A stretch of DNA of 64,000 bases from Flavobacteriales bacterium (GCA_947502765.1 CANNBA010000012.1:5341-69340), one strand, 5' to 3'. Numbered from the stretch's first letter, positions 47,530-58,140 are shown. Notes: generated by a model from the sequence alone, not told the origin. Numbers and translations are program-made.

Positions 47530-48908
47530 TATTTCTTGTTTTTATGTTCTGAACCTGACGATTTAAGAATAGTTTTAAGTTCTGCTTGAGCAATTACTGG
47601 GAATGTTCTGGCATAGAGCAGAAACAAAGTGAAAAAAAATCCTATCGTTCCTAAGAAAATTCCAATGTCAATAAATGAAGGAGAAAACATGGTCCATGCT
47701 GTTGGCAAAAAGTCTCTATGTAATGAAGTAACAATAATCACAAATCTTTCGAACCACATACCAATATTTACAAAGATTGAAAGTATAAATGTCGCTACAA
47801 ATGATGTTCTTATAGATTTAATCCAATACAATTGTGGAGTTAACACATTACACGTCATCATAATGGCATAAGCCCACCAATAAGGGCCAGTGGCTCTATT
47901 TAAAAAGGCATATTGCTCAAATTCAACCCCTGAATACCAAGCCATAAATAGCTCCGTAATATAAGCAGTTCCTACTAAAGAACCCGTCAACAAGATAATG
48001 ACATTCATATATTCAATATGCTTAATGGTAATATAAGCTTCTAAACCTACCACTTTTCGCATAATAATTAATAATGTTTCAACCATGGCAAAGCCAGAAA
48101 AAAGCGCTCCCAATACAAAGTAAGGAGGGAAGATAGTTGTATGCCATCCTGGAATTACAGAAGTTGCAAAGTCCATAGATACTATTGAGTGAACCGAGAA
48201 TACGAGTGGAGTAGCCAATCCTGCTAATACTAAGGATACTTCTTCAAATCTTTGCCAGTGCTTAGCTCTTCCGCTCCAGCCAAAAGAAAGAAAAGAATAT
48301 AATTTCTTTTTCATTGGTGATATTGTAGCGCTCATTCGATCTCTTATCATAGCAAAATCAGGAATTAACCCAATGTACCAAAATACTACGGAAACTGATA
48401 AATATGTAGAGATTGCAAATACATCCCAAAGTAATGGCGAGTTAAAATTAACCCAAAGCGATCCAAACTGATTTGGAATTGGTAATACATAGTAAGCAAG
48501 CCAAGGTCGGCCCATATGAATTAAAGGGAATAATCCTGCTTGAACAACACCAAAGATAGTCATTGCCTCAGCTGAACGATTAATAGCCATTCTCCATTTT
48601 TGACGAAATAATAAAAGTACGGCTGAAATTAATGTTCCGGCATGGCCAATACCAATCCACCAAACAAAGTTCGTAATATCCCACGCCCAGTTAACCGTTT
48701 TATTAAGTCCCCAAGCTCCAATTCCGGTTCCTATTGTGTAAGATATACAAAGAACTCCCCAAATGAATAACACTAATGATAAGGAAAATAATATCCACCA
48801 ATATTTATTGGCTTTGCCCTCAACAGGGCGAGCTACATCTTTAGTAATATCATGATACGTTTTATTACCTAAAATTAATGGATCTCTAATTTCTGCTTCT
48901 TTTTGCAT
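47529..48908 (-). CDS. actC: Alternative complex III quinol-interacting membrane subunit (NrfD/PsrC-like)
   Basis: 459 aa, ~10 TM helices, NrfD-like character. Follows the Fe-S subunit. Confidence 0.8.
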   Translation of the reverse strand: MQKEAEIRDPLILGNKTYHDITKDVARPVEGKANKYWWILFSLSLVLFIWGVLCISYTIGTGIGAWGLNKTVNWAWDITNFVWWIGIGHAGTLISAVLLLFRQKWRMAINRSAEAMTIFGVVQAGLFPLIHMGRPWLAYYVLPIPNQFGSLWVNFNSPLLWDVFAISTYLSVSVVFWYIGLIPDFAMIRDRMSATISPMKKKLYSFLSFGWSGRAKHWQRFEEVSLVLAGLATPLVFSVHSIVSMDFATSVIPGWHTTIFPPYFVLGALFSGFAMVETLLIIMRKVVGLEAYITIKHIEYMNVIILLTGSLVGTAYITELFMAWYSGVEFEQYAFLNRATGPYWWAYAIMMTCNVLTPQLYWIKSIRTSFVATFILSIFVNIGMWFERFVIIVTSLHRDFLPTAWTMFSPSFIDIGIFLGTIGFFFTLFLLYARTFPVIAQAELKTILKSSGSEHKNKK

Positions 48909-48917
48909 AACTATGTA

Positions 48918-51872
48918 TTAAGCTTTATTTCTAATTTTTGTTTGATAAAATACAGATGGATCTGTATTTAAGTGTTCTAATAATTTGTAAGCTCTTGGAT
49001 CTTTCTTAAGAGCTTGAACTTGATGCGAATTATCATTTACATCACCAAATACAATGGCATTAGTAGGACAAGCTGAAGAGCAAGCTGTTTGAGCATCTTC
49101 ATCTCTAACAGTTTTTCCTGCTCTTTTAGCATCTAACTTAATCTCTTGTATTTTTTGAATACACATACTGCATTTTTCAATAACTCCTCTAGAACGAACT
49201 ACAACATCAGGATTCAACACCATCTTTCCATAGTCATCATTCATATTAAAATCAAACTTATCATTTTCAGAATATTGGAACCAATTGAATCTTCTTACTT
49301 TATAAGGGCAGTTGTTTGCACAATATCTGGTACCTACACATCTATTATAAGCCATATGATTTTGTCCTTCAGCGCTATGAGATGTTGCCGCAACAGGGCA
49401 TACAGTTTCACATGGGGCATGATTACAATGTTGACACATCACTGGTTGGAAAGCAACCTCAGGATTTGCTGATGGCTCTTCCATTTCAGAATACATGTCA
49501 ATAGCAGAAATTTTTTCTTTTGCTGATAATTCTTTGGTCATATCAGAAGAAAAATAACGATCAATTCTAAGCCAATGCATATCTCTTGATTTTCGTACTT
49601 CTGCTTTTCCTACAACTGGCACATTGTTTTCTGCATGACAAGAAATAACGCATGCGGAACAACCAATACAAGAAGTTAAATCAATAGACATATTCCAAAA
49701 ATGACCTGTTGAGTGATCATGCTCATCCCAAAGCGTAACCTTATCTGCTGGTTGCATTCCATTATGAGTGGCATATTTTTCTTGGTGATTTCCTGATTGA
49801 GGATCTTTAATAAAATCGGCAAGGGTAGTTTCTTTAATAATTTCTCTCCCCATCATGGTGTGATGTAATTGAGTGGCAGCAAATTCATACTCACCCTCAA
49901 CTACTTGAATAGTTGCCTTACCATTTCCTAAAGTAAAAGCATTAAATCCAATTCCATTTCCACATTTTCCTGCAGCAGTTCTGCCATAACCAACAGCCAT
50001 AGAAACAGTTCCATTTGCTTGACCTGGCTGAATCATTACAGGAACATTTTTATAGCTAGTTCCATTAACAGTAAGATTGACCATATTTCCATTTAATCCA
50101 CCATTTGAAACATTCCAATTTGTAATTCCTAATTCACTAGCTGTCGCTGCTGAAATTGTTAAATAATTATCCCAACATGCTCTTGAAATTGGATCAGGGA
50201 GCTCTTGTAACCATGGATTATTTGCTTGATTTCCATCTCCCATAGAGATTTTCTCATACATCTCAAACTCAATATCTTTTTCTTTTAACAAACTAAAAGA
50301 CGGAACAGATGCCCCAAATGAAGATACATTTACAGCATTTGAGTTTCTAGTAAAATAGCCATCATGAAGCGATTTACTCCAATCAATATCAGAGTAATAA
50401 TTTTGTAAATAGGTATGGTAATCTGATTGACCCATCCAAACCATCATACTTTCTTGAAATTGTCTTCCATTAAATAATGGAGCAATAGTTGGTTGCATTA
50501 AAGAATATACTCCATTTGATGGATTTGCATCTCCCCAACTTTCTAAATAGTGATTATCTGGCAAAGCATACAGCATTTTAGCAGCTGACTCATCATTATA
50601 AAGTGATGTAGCAACTGTCAAACCAACTTTTGCAACGCCAGAATTATACTCCTTAGCATTTTGTAAAGTATAAGACGGATTTGCATTATAAGTAAATAAT
50701 GCCGCAATATTTCCAGCATTCATATCTTTAATCAGCTTGGCAACCTCAGCATCATTTCCTTGTTTTAAGTAAGAAGGATTTGATAATGACATGGTATTTC
50801 CGTAATTCCCAAGTTTATTATTAATGGCATTTACTAAAATTTGTACCTTAGCATCATTACTATTGCAAACTACAACAGATTTACCAGCTTTTTTTGCTAA
50901 ATCATTTGCCATTTTGGCAATTCGCTTATCCGCAGCACCACCATTTAATGCGCTATATAAGTTGGAAAGTAAACCCGCTTGCTCAGATGGTTTTATCTGA
51001 ATTCTTTCATCTGCATTAGATCCTGTCAAACTTAAAGTTGACTCCACTTGATAATGCTTGGCCATTTTTCCATTTTTAGGATTTCTAGCGCCAGCATACT
51101 CAGTAGCATAATCAACATTCAGCCAATTACCTAAAAAGTCAGCTCCAAAAGAAACAATAACCTCAGCCTTAGCAAAATTGTAAGCAGGTAAAGCTCTTAG
51201 ACCAAATGAAGCCTGGTTAGCATCTAACATACCGCTATAAGAAACAGCATCCACTTGCACATGGACAACATTTCCGTAGGCAGCAGAAAAATCAGCAATT
51301 AACTTTTTAGTAGAAGGACTTATAATGGTAGAAGATAGAATGGCAATTTTACCTCCACTATTTTTTATCTCATTTAATTTTGCGATAATCTCAGCATCAG
51401 CCGTCTTCCAATCTATAGCTACTCCTTTTTTCATTGGATTTTTTAATCTTGCTGAATCATAAAGCGAAAGAACTGAAGCTTGAATTCTTGCATTAGTTGC
51501 CGATTTATTAGCATCAATCTTAATGGGACGACCCTCTCTAGTTTTTACTAAAACAGAGGCATAATCGTGACCATCATACATAGTAGTGGCATAATAATTA
51601 GCGATACCTGGAATAATTTCTTCTGGTTGTATTACGTAAGGAATTGATTTAATAATAGGTGCTTCACAAGCTACTAAGGTTGCTGCAGCCGTACTAAATC
51701 CTAAGAATTTTAGGAAATCTCTTCTAGAAGTTGATGTAGCAGATATTTCTTTATCGCCCAAAAATTCATCCACAGGAATTTCTTCAACAAACTCATTATG
51801 TCTTAGTTTGTCAACTAAAGAATTATCAGTTAACTCCGCTAAACCTTTCCAATATTTTTTTGCTTTTGTCAT
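48918..51872 (-). CDS. actB: Alternative complex III ActB: Tat-exported molybdopterin-oxidoreductase-like domain fused to a 4Fe-4S ferredoxin domain
   Basis: Twin-arginine signal TSRRDFLKFLG. C-terminal Cys clusters CIGCSACVISC, CQHCNHAPCETVCP and CVGTRYCANNCP. Confidence 0.85.
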   Translation of the reverse strand: MTKAKKYWKGLAELTDNSLVDKLRHNEFVEEIPVDEFLGDKEISATSTSRRDFLKFLGFSTAAATLVACEAPIIKSIPYVIQPEEIIPGIANYYATTMYDGHDYASVLVKTREGRPIKIDANKSATNARIQASVLSLYDSARLKNPMKKGVAIDWKTADAEIIAKLNEIKNSGGKIAILSSTIISPSTKKLIADFSAAYGNVVHVQVDAVSYSGMLDANQASFGLRALPAYNFAKAEVIVSFGADFLGNWLNVDYATEYAGARNPKNGKMAKHYQVESTLSLTGSNADERIQIKPSEQAGLLSNLYSALNGGAADKRIAKMANDLAKKAGKSVVVCNSNDAKVQILVNAINNKLGNYGNTMSLSNPSYLKQGNDAEVAKLIKDMNAGNIAALFTYNANPSYTLQNAKEYNSGVAKVGLTVATSLYNDESAAKMLYALPDNHYLESWGDANPSNGVYSLMQPTIAPLFNGRQFQESMMVWMGQSDYHTYLQNYYSDIDWSKSLHDGYFTRNSNAVNVSSFGASVPSFSLLKEKDIEFEMYEKISMGDGNQANNPWLQELPDPISRACWDNYLTISAATASELGITNWNVSNGGLNGNMVNLTVNGTSYKNVPVMIQPGQANGTVSMAVGYGRTAAGKCGNGIGFNAFTLGNGKATIQVVEGEYEFAATQLHHTMMGREIIKETTLADFIKDPQSGNHQEKYATHNGMQPADKVTLWDEHDHSTGHFWNMSIDLTSCIGCSACVISCHAENNVPVVGKAEVRKSRDMHWLRIDRYFSSDMTKELSAKEKISAIDMYSEMEEPSANPEVAFQPVMCQHCNHAPCETVCPVAATSHSAEGQNHMAYNRCVGTRYCANNCPYKVRRFNWFQYSENDKFDFNMNDDYGKMVLNPDVVVRSRGVIEKCSMCIQKIQEIKLDAKRAGKTVRDEDAQTACSSACPTNAIVFGDVNDNSHQVQALKKDPRAYKLLEHLNTDPSVFYQTKIRNKA

Positions 51873-51896
51873 TTTATATAAAAATCTAAATCCTTA

Positions 51897-53108
51897 TTAA
51901 TAGTGGCACTTACCGCATTCCAAGCCTCCAATTTTTTCCACAGTAATTTTTTGACCTGCATATTTTTTCTTCATTTTTTCGTGCATAACGGTATAGTACT
52001 CATTGCCTTCCATTTTAACTTCTGATTCTCTATGACATTCTATGCACCAACCCATTGTTAATTCTGAATGCTGTTTTACAACATCCATTTCCTCAATCGC
52101 CCCATGACATTCTTGACATTCCAACTTACCCACGCTAACATGTTGCGAGTGATTAAAATAAGCCAAATCTGGTAAATTATGGATTCTCACCCACTCTATT
52201 GGTTTTTGCTCATAACCTTCAATATAGGTTCTTGACTTAGGATCATATCCTACTGCATCATAAATTTTTTGAAGTTCAGCAGTACCTGAAATAGTACCTT
52301 CTACAATGTTTGCATGACAATTCATACATACATTTGCTGACGGAATTCCAGAATGTTTTGATGTACGAGCAGAAGTATGGCAATAATTACAATCTATAGC
52401 ATTATCGCCAGCATGTATTTTATGAGAGAATGCAATTGGCTGAGTTGGCTGATAATTAGTTGTTACTCCCACTCCCATCATTGCATCATAAACAAATTTT
52501 AACACAATAATGGCAATAACAAAACCTAAAAAAAGTTTGTTAAAAGTTTTAGCTAAAAATAACTTAATCTGAGATTGAACAGATTCAGGTACTGTCTGTG
52601 TATCTTGGCCTAAACTTTCTTTAAGACTATTTTTTACTGATGCTAAAACAAAAATAAGAGTTAGTAAAATAAGGGCTATTATCATTAATTGAGTAGACCC
52701 TTTCATTCCTTCATCTATAGGAGCTCCTTCTGCAGAAACAGCTGCTTTGACCTGTTCAACAGGAGGATTTTGTAAGTATACATAAAGCGCTTCAAAATCT
52801 TCATCTGAGAAATTGAAGTTAGTCATAGCAACTTTATTATATTCTTCAAATATTGCAATTGCATCAGGATCTCCTGAGGCAATTAATTCTGACGAATTAT
52901 TAATCCACTTTTTTAACCATTCTTTATTTCTTTTTTCGGTAACACCCTTCAAACCAGGACCTATCAACTTGGTTTCTCCAATAACATGACATGCAGTACA
53001 ATTTTGTTTAAAAATTTTTGCACCATCTGGCTGAGCAAAGGCAGATAATGAAATAAATGCTGCTAGAATAAATAAGATTTGATTTTTGATAGGTTTAGCT
53101 AGAATCAT
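51897..53108 (-). CDS. actA: Alternative complex III multiheme cytochrome c ActA with an N-terminal extra class-I cytochrome c domain (six CxxCH in total)
   Basis: CxxCH motifs CTACH, CNYCH, CMNCH, CQECH, CIECH and CGKCH. ATG 53108 is preferred because the track's TTG start (53135) lies inside the promoter box. Confidence 0.8.
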   Translation of the reverse strand: MILAKPIKNQILFILAAFISLSAFAQPDGAKIFKQNCTACHVIGETKLIGPGLKGVTEKRNKEWLKKWINNSSELIASGDPDAIAIFEEYNKVAMTNFNFSDEDFEALYVYLQNPPVEQVKAAVSAEGAPIDEGMKGSTQLMIIALILLTLIFVLASVKNSLKESLGQDTQTVPESVQSQIKLFLAKTFNKLFLGFVIAIIVLKFVYDAMMGVGVTTNYQPTQPIAFSHKIHAGDNAIDCNYCHTSARTSKHSGIPSANVCMNCHANIVEGTISGTAELQKIYDAVGYDPKSRTYIEGYEQKPIEWVRIHNLPDLAYFNHSQHVSVGKLECQECHGAIEEMDVVKQHSELTMGWCIECHRESEVKMEGNEYYTVMHEKMKKKYAGQKITVEKIGGLECGKCHY

Positions 53109-53132
53109 GTTTTTAATGTTCAATTTCGGGTG

Positions 53133-53140
53133 CAAAATTA
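53133..53140 (-). promoter_or_regulatory. Candidate -7 box (TAATTTTG on the minus strand) for the act operon
   Basis: Plus-strand CAAAATTA is the reverse complement of TAnnTTTG, 24 nt upstream of ATG 53108. Confidence 0.5.
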
Positions 53141-53246
53141 AACTATTAAAGTGATAGCAACATGAGAAATTTTAGTGTTTTCTATAATTTATAACTAATC
53201 TAAATAAGAGATTCTTTTATAACCATAAAAAAAGAAGTATAAGGCT

Positions 53247-53501
53247 TTATAAAGCAGATACTTCAATAACTTTTTTAACTTCTGGAACAGCATTTTTTAC
53301 AACAACTTCCACTCCATTTTTTAAAGTCATCATGCTGATATTGCAACTACTACAAGAGCCAACAAGTTTTACTTTTACTACCCAATCATCTGTTAATTCT
53401 ACAAAATGGATATCCCCACCATCACTCTCTAAAAAAGGTCGAATTTCTGTAAGTGCATTTTCAATCTTAGCAATAATTTTTTTGTTTGTAATAATTCCCA
53501 T
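53247..53501 (-). CDS. NifU-like (Nfu C-terminal domain) Fe-S cluster protein
   Basis: 84 aa; ESDGGDI and GSCSSC (CxxC) motifs. Confidence 0.8.
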   Translation of the reverse strand: MGIITNKKIIAKIENALTEIRPFLESDGGDIHFVELTDDWVVKVKLVGSCSSCNISMMTLKNGVEVVVKNAVPEVKKVIEVSAL

Positions 53502-53507
53502 GCTATT

Positions 53508-54632
53508 TTATTTAGTTGAGCAGCCTTTTGAATTGGTTAACTCTACAGCTTTTGTTGGTGCTAAATTAGTATTTCTCTTAGTAATTGATGCTAATATATT
53601 TTTTGTCATGCTTAATAACTCTAAAGCTATAGGAGTAGTCCCTTGCAATACAGCTGGTCTTCCTGCATCTGCAGCTTCTCTGACCGATTGAACTAAAGGA
53701 ATTTGAGCTAAAAGTTCGATTTCCAATTGCTCGGCTAAACCTTTAGCTCCTTCTTTTCCAAAAATATAATATTTGTTATTTGGCAACTCCTCAGGATTAA
53801 AATAAGCCATATTCTCTACTATACCCAAAACAGGAACATTAATACTTTCCATCTGAAACATATTTACTCCTTTTCTAGCATCAGCAAGAGCAATATTTTG
53901 AGGAGTACTTACTACAACTGCTCCGGTTAAAGGAATAGATTGAACTAAAGACAAATGAATATCTCCAGTGCCAGGAGGTAAATCCACCACCAAAAAGTCA
54001 AGCTCGCCCCAATGAGTATCCCAAAGTAATTGATTTAATGCTTTTGAAGCCATAGGACCTCTCCATACTACAGCCTGTTGGCTTTGGGCAAAAAAACCTA
54101 TAGAAAGTAACTTTACTCCATAACTTTCCAAGGGTTTAATTTTTGATTTTCCATCAATATTTATAGCTTCAGGAACTGCCCCTTCCAAGCCAAACATAAT
54201 ATGCATAGAGGGCCCATAAATATCAGCATCTATTACCCCCACTTTATAACCTAAATCGACTAAACTAACCGCAAAATTAGCAGCTATAGTTGATTTCCCT
54301 ACTCCTCCTTTACCGGAAGAAATGGCAATAATATTCTTAACCCCAGGAATAGCATTTCCTTTTATCTCAATCGTTTTTTTAGGAGCATTAACAATCAGGT
54401 TGACTTTTACTTTTGACTTCTCAAAAGCATGATCATGTATGGCTTTAATACAGTCGACCTCAACCCTTTTTTTATATTGTAATGTTGGGATTTGAATCTC
54501 CACATCAAGCTCCACATCAGTTCCAAAAATATGAACATTTTTAATAGCTCCACTCTCAACAATACTCTTTCCTTCATTTGGTAATGTGATATTTGATAGT
54601 GCTGCTAAAATAACTTCCTTGGTAAGTTTCAT
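53508..54632 (-). CDS. Mrp/ApbC-family Fe-S cluster carrier ATPase with an N-terminal DUF59-like domain
   Basis: Deviant Walker A SSGKGGVGKST and DLPPGTGD, typical of Mrp/NBP35. Confidence 0.9.
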   Translation of the reverse strand: MKLTKEVILAALSNITLPNEGKSIVESGAIKNVHIFGTDVELDVEIQIPTLQYKKRVEVDCIKAIHDHAFEKSKVKVNLIVNAPKKTIEIKGNAIPGVKNIIAISSGKGGVGKSTIAANFAVSLVDLGYKVGVIDADIYGPSMHIMFGLEGAVPEAINIDGKSKIKPLESYGVKLLSIGFFAQSQQAVVWRGPMASKALNQLLWDTHWGELDFLVVDLPPGTGDIHLSLVQSIPLTGAVVVSTPQNIALADARKGVNMFQMESINVPVLGIVENMAYFNPEELPNNKYYIFGKEGAKGLAEQLEIELLAQIPLVQSVREAADAGRPAVLQGTTPIALELLSMTKNILASITKRNTNLAPTKAVELTNSKGCSTK

Positions 54633-54702
54633 TGGCTAAAATATTGGTTGTAAAGATAAATGTTTTAACTCGAGTTTTTAAAAAAGAAATTATCTTTTTA
54701 TA

Positions 54703-55368
54703 TTATTTTAATCGAAACCTCAAATAAGTAATTGGCACCCCTTTATCTAAATAAATTTGCTCGTAATGGGTTTTAATTTCCATATGCTCTCTTGGAACTA
54801 CAGATCCATACAAATCATGGGTACTATCTTCTAAAATATGTTTTTCTCCAGCAATTATACCTAGAGTAAAACCATGTAGAAATTGACTATCTGTCTTTAA
54901 ATGAATAGGAGCATTCTTGTTTAATATATTTTTATATCTTTCTAAAAAATTGGGATGAGTCAATCGTTTTGTGCCCCTTCTTTTTTTAAGTTGAGGATCA
55001 GGGAAAGTAAGCCAAATCTCATCTACTTCATTTTTTGCAAAACATTTTTCAATCCAATCAATGCGAATACGCAAGAATCCAACATTTTTTAATTCTTTTG
55101 CTACTGTTGCAGCTGCTCCTTGCCAAATTCTTGCTCCTTTTATGTCTATTCCTAAAAAGTTTTTTTCTGGAAATTTTTCAGCTAGTCCCACACTATATTC
55201 TCCCATTCCACATCCCAGCTCTAAAACCAATGGATTTTCATTTTTAAAAAAATTCTTTTTCCAATTTCCCTTTAAGTCATATCCTTTTTCTAACAACTGT
55301 AAATCAGGCTGCTCGACATGAGGGAAAGTCTCCATTTGAGCAAACTTTTTTAATTTATTTTTTGCCAA
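54703..55368 (-). CDS. trmB: tRNA (guanine46-N7)-methyltransferase
   Basis: SAM motif LELGCGMGEY and FPDPQLKKR (the FPDPW-K-RH region of TrmB). Confidence 0.85.
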   Translation of the reverse strand: MAKNKLKKFAQMETFPHVEQPDLQLLEKGYDLKGNWKKNFFKNENPLVLELGCGMGEYSVGLAEKFPEKNFLGIDIKGARIWQGAAATVAKELKNVGFLRIRIDWIEKCFAKNEVDEIWLTFPDPQLKKRRGTKRLTHPNFLERYKNILNKNAPIHLKTDSQFLHGFTLGIIAGEKHILEDSTHDLYGSVVPREHMEIKTHYEQIYLDKGVPITYLRFRLK

Positions 55369-55416
55369 AATTTTAATTTTTATACAAAAATACTTTGTTT
55401 TAACTATTTTCGGCCT

Positions 55417-56466
55417 GTGAAAACAAAAAAACGAATTTTAATAGCCCCACTAGATTGGGGTATAGGGCACGCCACAAGATGCATCCCTATTATTAAAGCA
55501 TTAATTAATCATGATTATGAAGTAGTAATAGCTGCCGATAGTAGACCCCTGCACCTTTTAAGTGCAGAATTCCCAAAGCTAGAAATTATTCGTTTTGAAG
55601 GGTATAACATAAAATATCCCCGCTATTTACCAATGCACATAAGCATGCTTTTGCAAGCTCCAAAACTTTTATGGAATATCAAAAAAGAAAATAGTGCCCT
55701 AAATAGTATTGTTGAAGATTACAAAATTGATGGGGTAATTTCGGACAACCGTTTTGGACTTTACACTAGCAAAGTCCCTTGTGTATTTATTACTCATCAG
55801 CTAGAAATTCAGAGCCCTTATTTTACTAAAAAAATTCAAGGCTTTAATTATAAATACATCAATAAATTTGATGCCCTCTGGGTAATGGATGACAAAGAGA
55901 ATAATTTAGCTGGCAATTTATCTGGCCCAAATATACTGCCCAATAATACTATATATATAGGGGCTCAATCTCGGTTTGAATATCAAGACACTGAAAAAAA
56001 ATATGATTTTTTGGCACTAGTTTCAGGACCTGAACCTCAAAGAACAATATTGGAAAAGAAATTGGTAAAGGCTCTAAAAGAAAGAAAAGAAAAATCGCTT
56101 ATTGTATTAGGAAAGCCTGAGTTAAGCAATACGGAACAAATAGGAAATCTCAGTATAATATCACATTTAAATGCAAGTGATTTAAATAAGGTTATTTTAG
56201 AATCAGAGCTTGTAATATGCCGTCCTGGTTATTCCACAATAATGGATTTGGCAAAACTTATGAAAAGAGCTTTCTTTATACCAACTCCAGGTCAAACAGA
56301 GCAAGAATACTTAGCCCAACTATTTCATCAAAAGAAAATCTGCTATTATCAAAATCAAGATCAATTTGATTTTGAAAAAGGAATTATGGAAAGTAAAAAA
56401 TTCGCTGGCTTTTCCAAGCTAAACACTCCAAAAACTAATTGGGAAGAATTATTTAGCCTTTTCTAA
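55417..56466 (+). CDS. GT-B glycosyltransferase (MurG/GT28-like family)
   Basis: N-terminal ILIAPLDWGIGHATRC and C-terminal ICRPGYSTIMD...PTPGQTEQEY, resembling MurG-like transferases. GTG start. Confidence 0.6.
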   Translation: MKTKKRILIAPLDWGIGHATRCIPIIKALINHDYEVVIAADSRPLHLLSAEFPKLEIIRFEGYNIKYPRYLPMHISMLLQAPKLLWNIKKENSALNSIVEDYKIDGVISDNRFGLYTSKVPCVFITHQLEIQSPYFTKKIQGFNYKYINKFDALWVMDDKENNLAGNLSGPNILPNNTIYIGAQSRFEYQDTEKKYDFLALVSGPEPQRTILEKKLVKALKERKEKSLIVLGKPELSNTEQIGNLSIISHLNASDLNKVILESELVICRPGYSTIMDLAKLMKRAFFIPTPGQTEQEYLAQLFHQKKICYYQNQDQFDFEKGIMESKKFAGFSKLNTPKTNWEELFSLF

Positions 56467-57453
56467 AATAAAAGAGAAGGTAGAGCCTACATCTTTTGTG
56501 CTTCTTACACTAATAGTTTGGTTATGCACTTCTAGAATATGTTTAACAATTGCTAATCCAAGACCAGTGCCTCCAATCTCTCTAGATCTATTTTTATCCG
56601 CTCTATAGAATCTTTCGAAAATTCGATTTAAAGATGCTGATTCAATTCCTATACCATTATCTGCAACTTCAATAAGGATACTTTCCTCCATATCAAATAA
56701 TTGAACTTTTGTTTTGCCTCCTTGTTTGCCATATTTGATGGAATTACTAAGAAGATTTAAAAAAACTTGCTGAATCTTATTTCGATCTCCCATTACCATT
56801 TCAGAATTAGCCTCATTATTTAATTCTAATTTTATATTCATTTGGCTAGCCTTCATCTCAAAAGCTTCAAACAATTCTTTTATAAGTTCCACTAGGTTAA
56901 ATGGTCGAATATCGAGCAAATTCTCCTGGGTCTCTAAAGCTGAAATAAGCTCAAGATCTTCTACAATATTAATCATACGATCAACACTTTTATTGGCCCT
57001 TTCAAGATATTTCATATTAATCTTCTCATCATATAAACCCCCTTCAATTAAAGTTTGAACATAACCTTGAATATTAAAAATGGGCGTTTTAAGTTCGTGG
57101 GAAACATTGCCAATGAACTCTCTTCTGAAATTTTCATCTCTTTTATAAGTATTTAGCTCCTCTTCTTTTGCATCTGCCCAATCTTCTGCTTGCTTTTCAA
57201 CTTTATTAATATCTAGTTCTAAAGCATTTGAAGCCGATTGAAACTTATAAATATTCTTATAGATTACTTTAATTCTTTCATGAAAAAAACGCTTCACTAT
57301 GTAATAAATAAGTACAATTGTAGCTAAGAAAAATACTATGAAACTGAAAATGATATTCAAATCATCATCAACTATATAGAAGATTACTAAGGCGAATGCG
57401 AAAATCACTATGCTTAAAAATACAGCAATCTTAAAGGGAGTATTAATCCTCAC
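56449..57453 (-). CDS. Sensor histidine kinase, PhoR-like (two N-terminal TM helices, no periplasmic domain)
   Basis: H-box FIGNVSHELKTP; N and G boxes (LLSNSIKY, DNGIGI, GTGLGLAIV). Adjacent to the OmpR-family regulator and the pst operon. Confidence 0.8.
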   Translation of the reverse strand: MRINTPFKIAVFLSIVIFAFALVIFYIVDDDLNIIFSFIVFFLATIVLIYYIVKRFFHERIKVIYKNIYKFQSASNALELDINKVEKQAEDWADAKEEELNTYKRDENFRREFIGNVSHELKTPIFNIQGYVQTLIEGGLYDEKINMKYLERANKSVDRMINIVEDLELISALETQENLLDIRPFNLVELIKELFEAFEMKASQMNIKLELNNEANSEMVMGDRNKIQQVFLNLLSNSIKYGKQGGKTKVQLFDMEESILIEVADNGIGIESASLNRIFERFYRADKNRSREIGGTGLGLAIVKHILEVHNQTISVRSTKDVGSTFSFILEKAK

Positions 57454-58115
57454 TATAAATCAAATTTATATCCTACTCCTTTAACAGTTTTAATATACTT
57501 ATCTCCTATTTTTTCTCTTATCTTACGAACATGAACATCTATAGTTCTATCTCCCACAAAAGCATCTTTCCATATCTCAGATATGATATCTTCTCTTGTA
57601 AATACTTTGCCAGGAATCGTCATTAAATAATACAGCAAATTAAATTCTTTTCTTGCCAAATGGATCTCCTCTTTGTTGTATAAGAGCGAGAATTTTTCTC
57701 TGTCAATCTCAATATTGCCTATTTGTATATTTTTGGTAGATCCTTTAATCATATTTCGTTTTAAAAGCGCCTTTATTCTACTAATTAATAATTTAGGTTT
57801 GATAGGTTTGGCAACATAATCATCCGCTCCGGCATCAAAGCCTGCCAACTCTGAATACTCCTCTGATCTGGCTGTTAAGAATAATATTAAGGTATTACTT
57901 ATTTCAGGTATTGATCTAATCTCTTGACAAGTTGTAATTCCATCCATCTCAGGCATCATTACATCCAAAATAATTAAATCAGGCTTGTATTTTTTTGCTT
58001 TTTCTATTGCACTCTTACCATTTAATGCTGTATGTACTATAAAACCTTCTTTTTCAAGATTGTAAGACAAAAACTCTAAGATGTCTTTTTCATCATCTAC
58101 AATTAATACTTTCAT
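57453..58115 (-). CDS. OmpR/PhoB-family response regulator
   Basis: Receiver domain (VLIVDDE..., DLIILDVMMPEMDG, KP) and a winged-helix C-terminus (...TVKGVGYKFDL). Confidence 0.9.
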   Translation of the reverse strand: MKVLIVDDEKDILEFLSYNLEKEGFIVHTALNGKSAIEKAKKYKPDLIILDVMMPEMDGITTCQEIRSIPEISNTLILFLTARSEEYSELAGFDAGADDYVAKPIKPKLLISRIKALLKRNMIKGSTKNIQIGNIEIDREKFSLLYNKEEIHLARKEFNLLYYLMTIPGKVFTREDIISEIWKDAFVGDRTIDVHVRKIREKIGDKYIKTVKGVGYKFDL

Positions 58116-58132
58116 ATTTAATTAATTTTGGA

Positions 58133-58140
58133 CAAAGGTA
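58133..58140 (-). promoter_or_regulatory. Candidate -7 box (TACCTTTG on the minus strand) for the response regulator / kinase operon
   Basis: Plus-strand CAAAGGTA, 17 nt upstream of the ATG at 58115. Confidence 0.4.

Noticed and set aside
45735-49504. Small ORFs inside act genes (45735-45950, 47629-47871, 49146-49472, 49316-49504).
   Set aside because: They are alternative-frame or antisense ORFs within well-supported alternative complex III genes.
54646-54660. Short palindrome AACTCGAGTT downstream of trmB, considered as a terminator.
   Set aside because: A hairpin here would have only a 3-4 bp stem with a minimal loop. That is too weak to call.
55035-55321. Plus-strand ORFs 55035-55247 and 55061-55321.
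   Set aside because: They are antisense to trmB.
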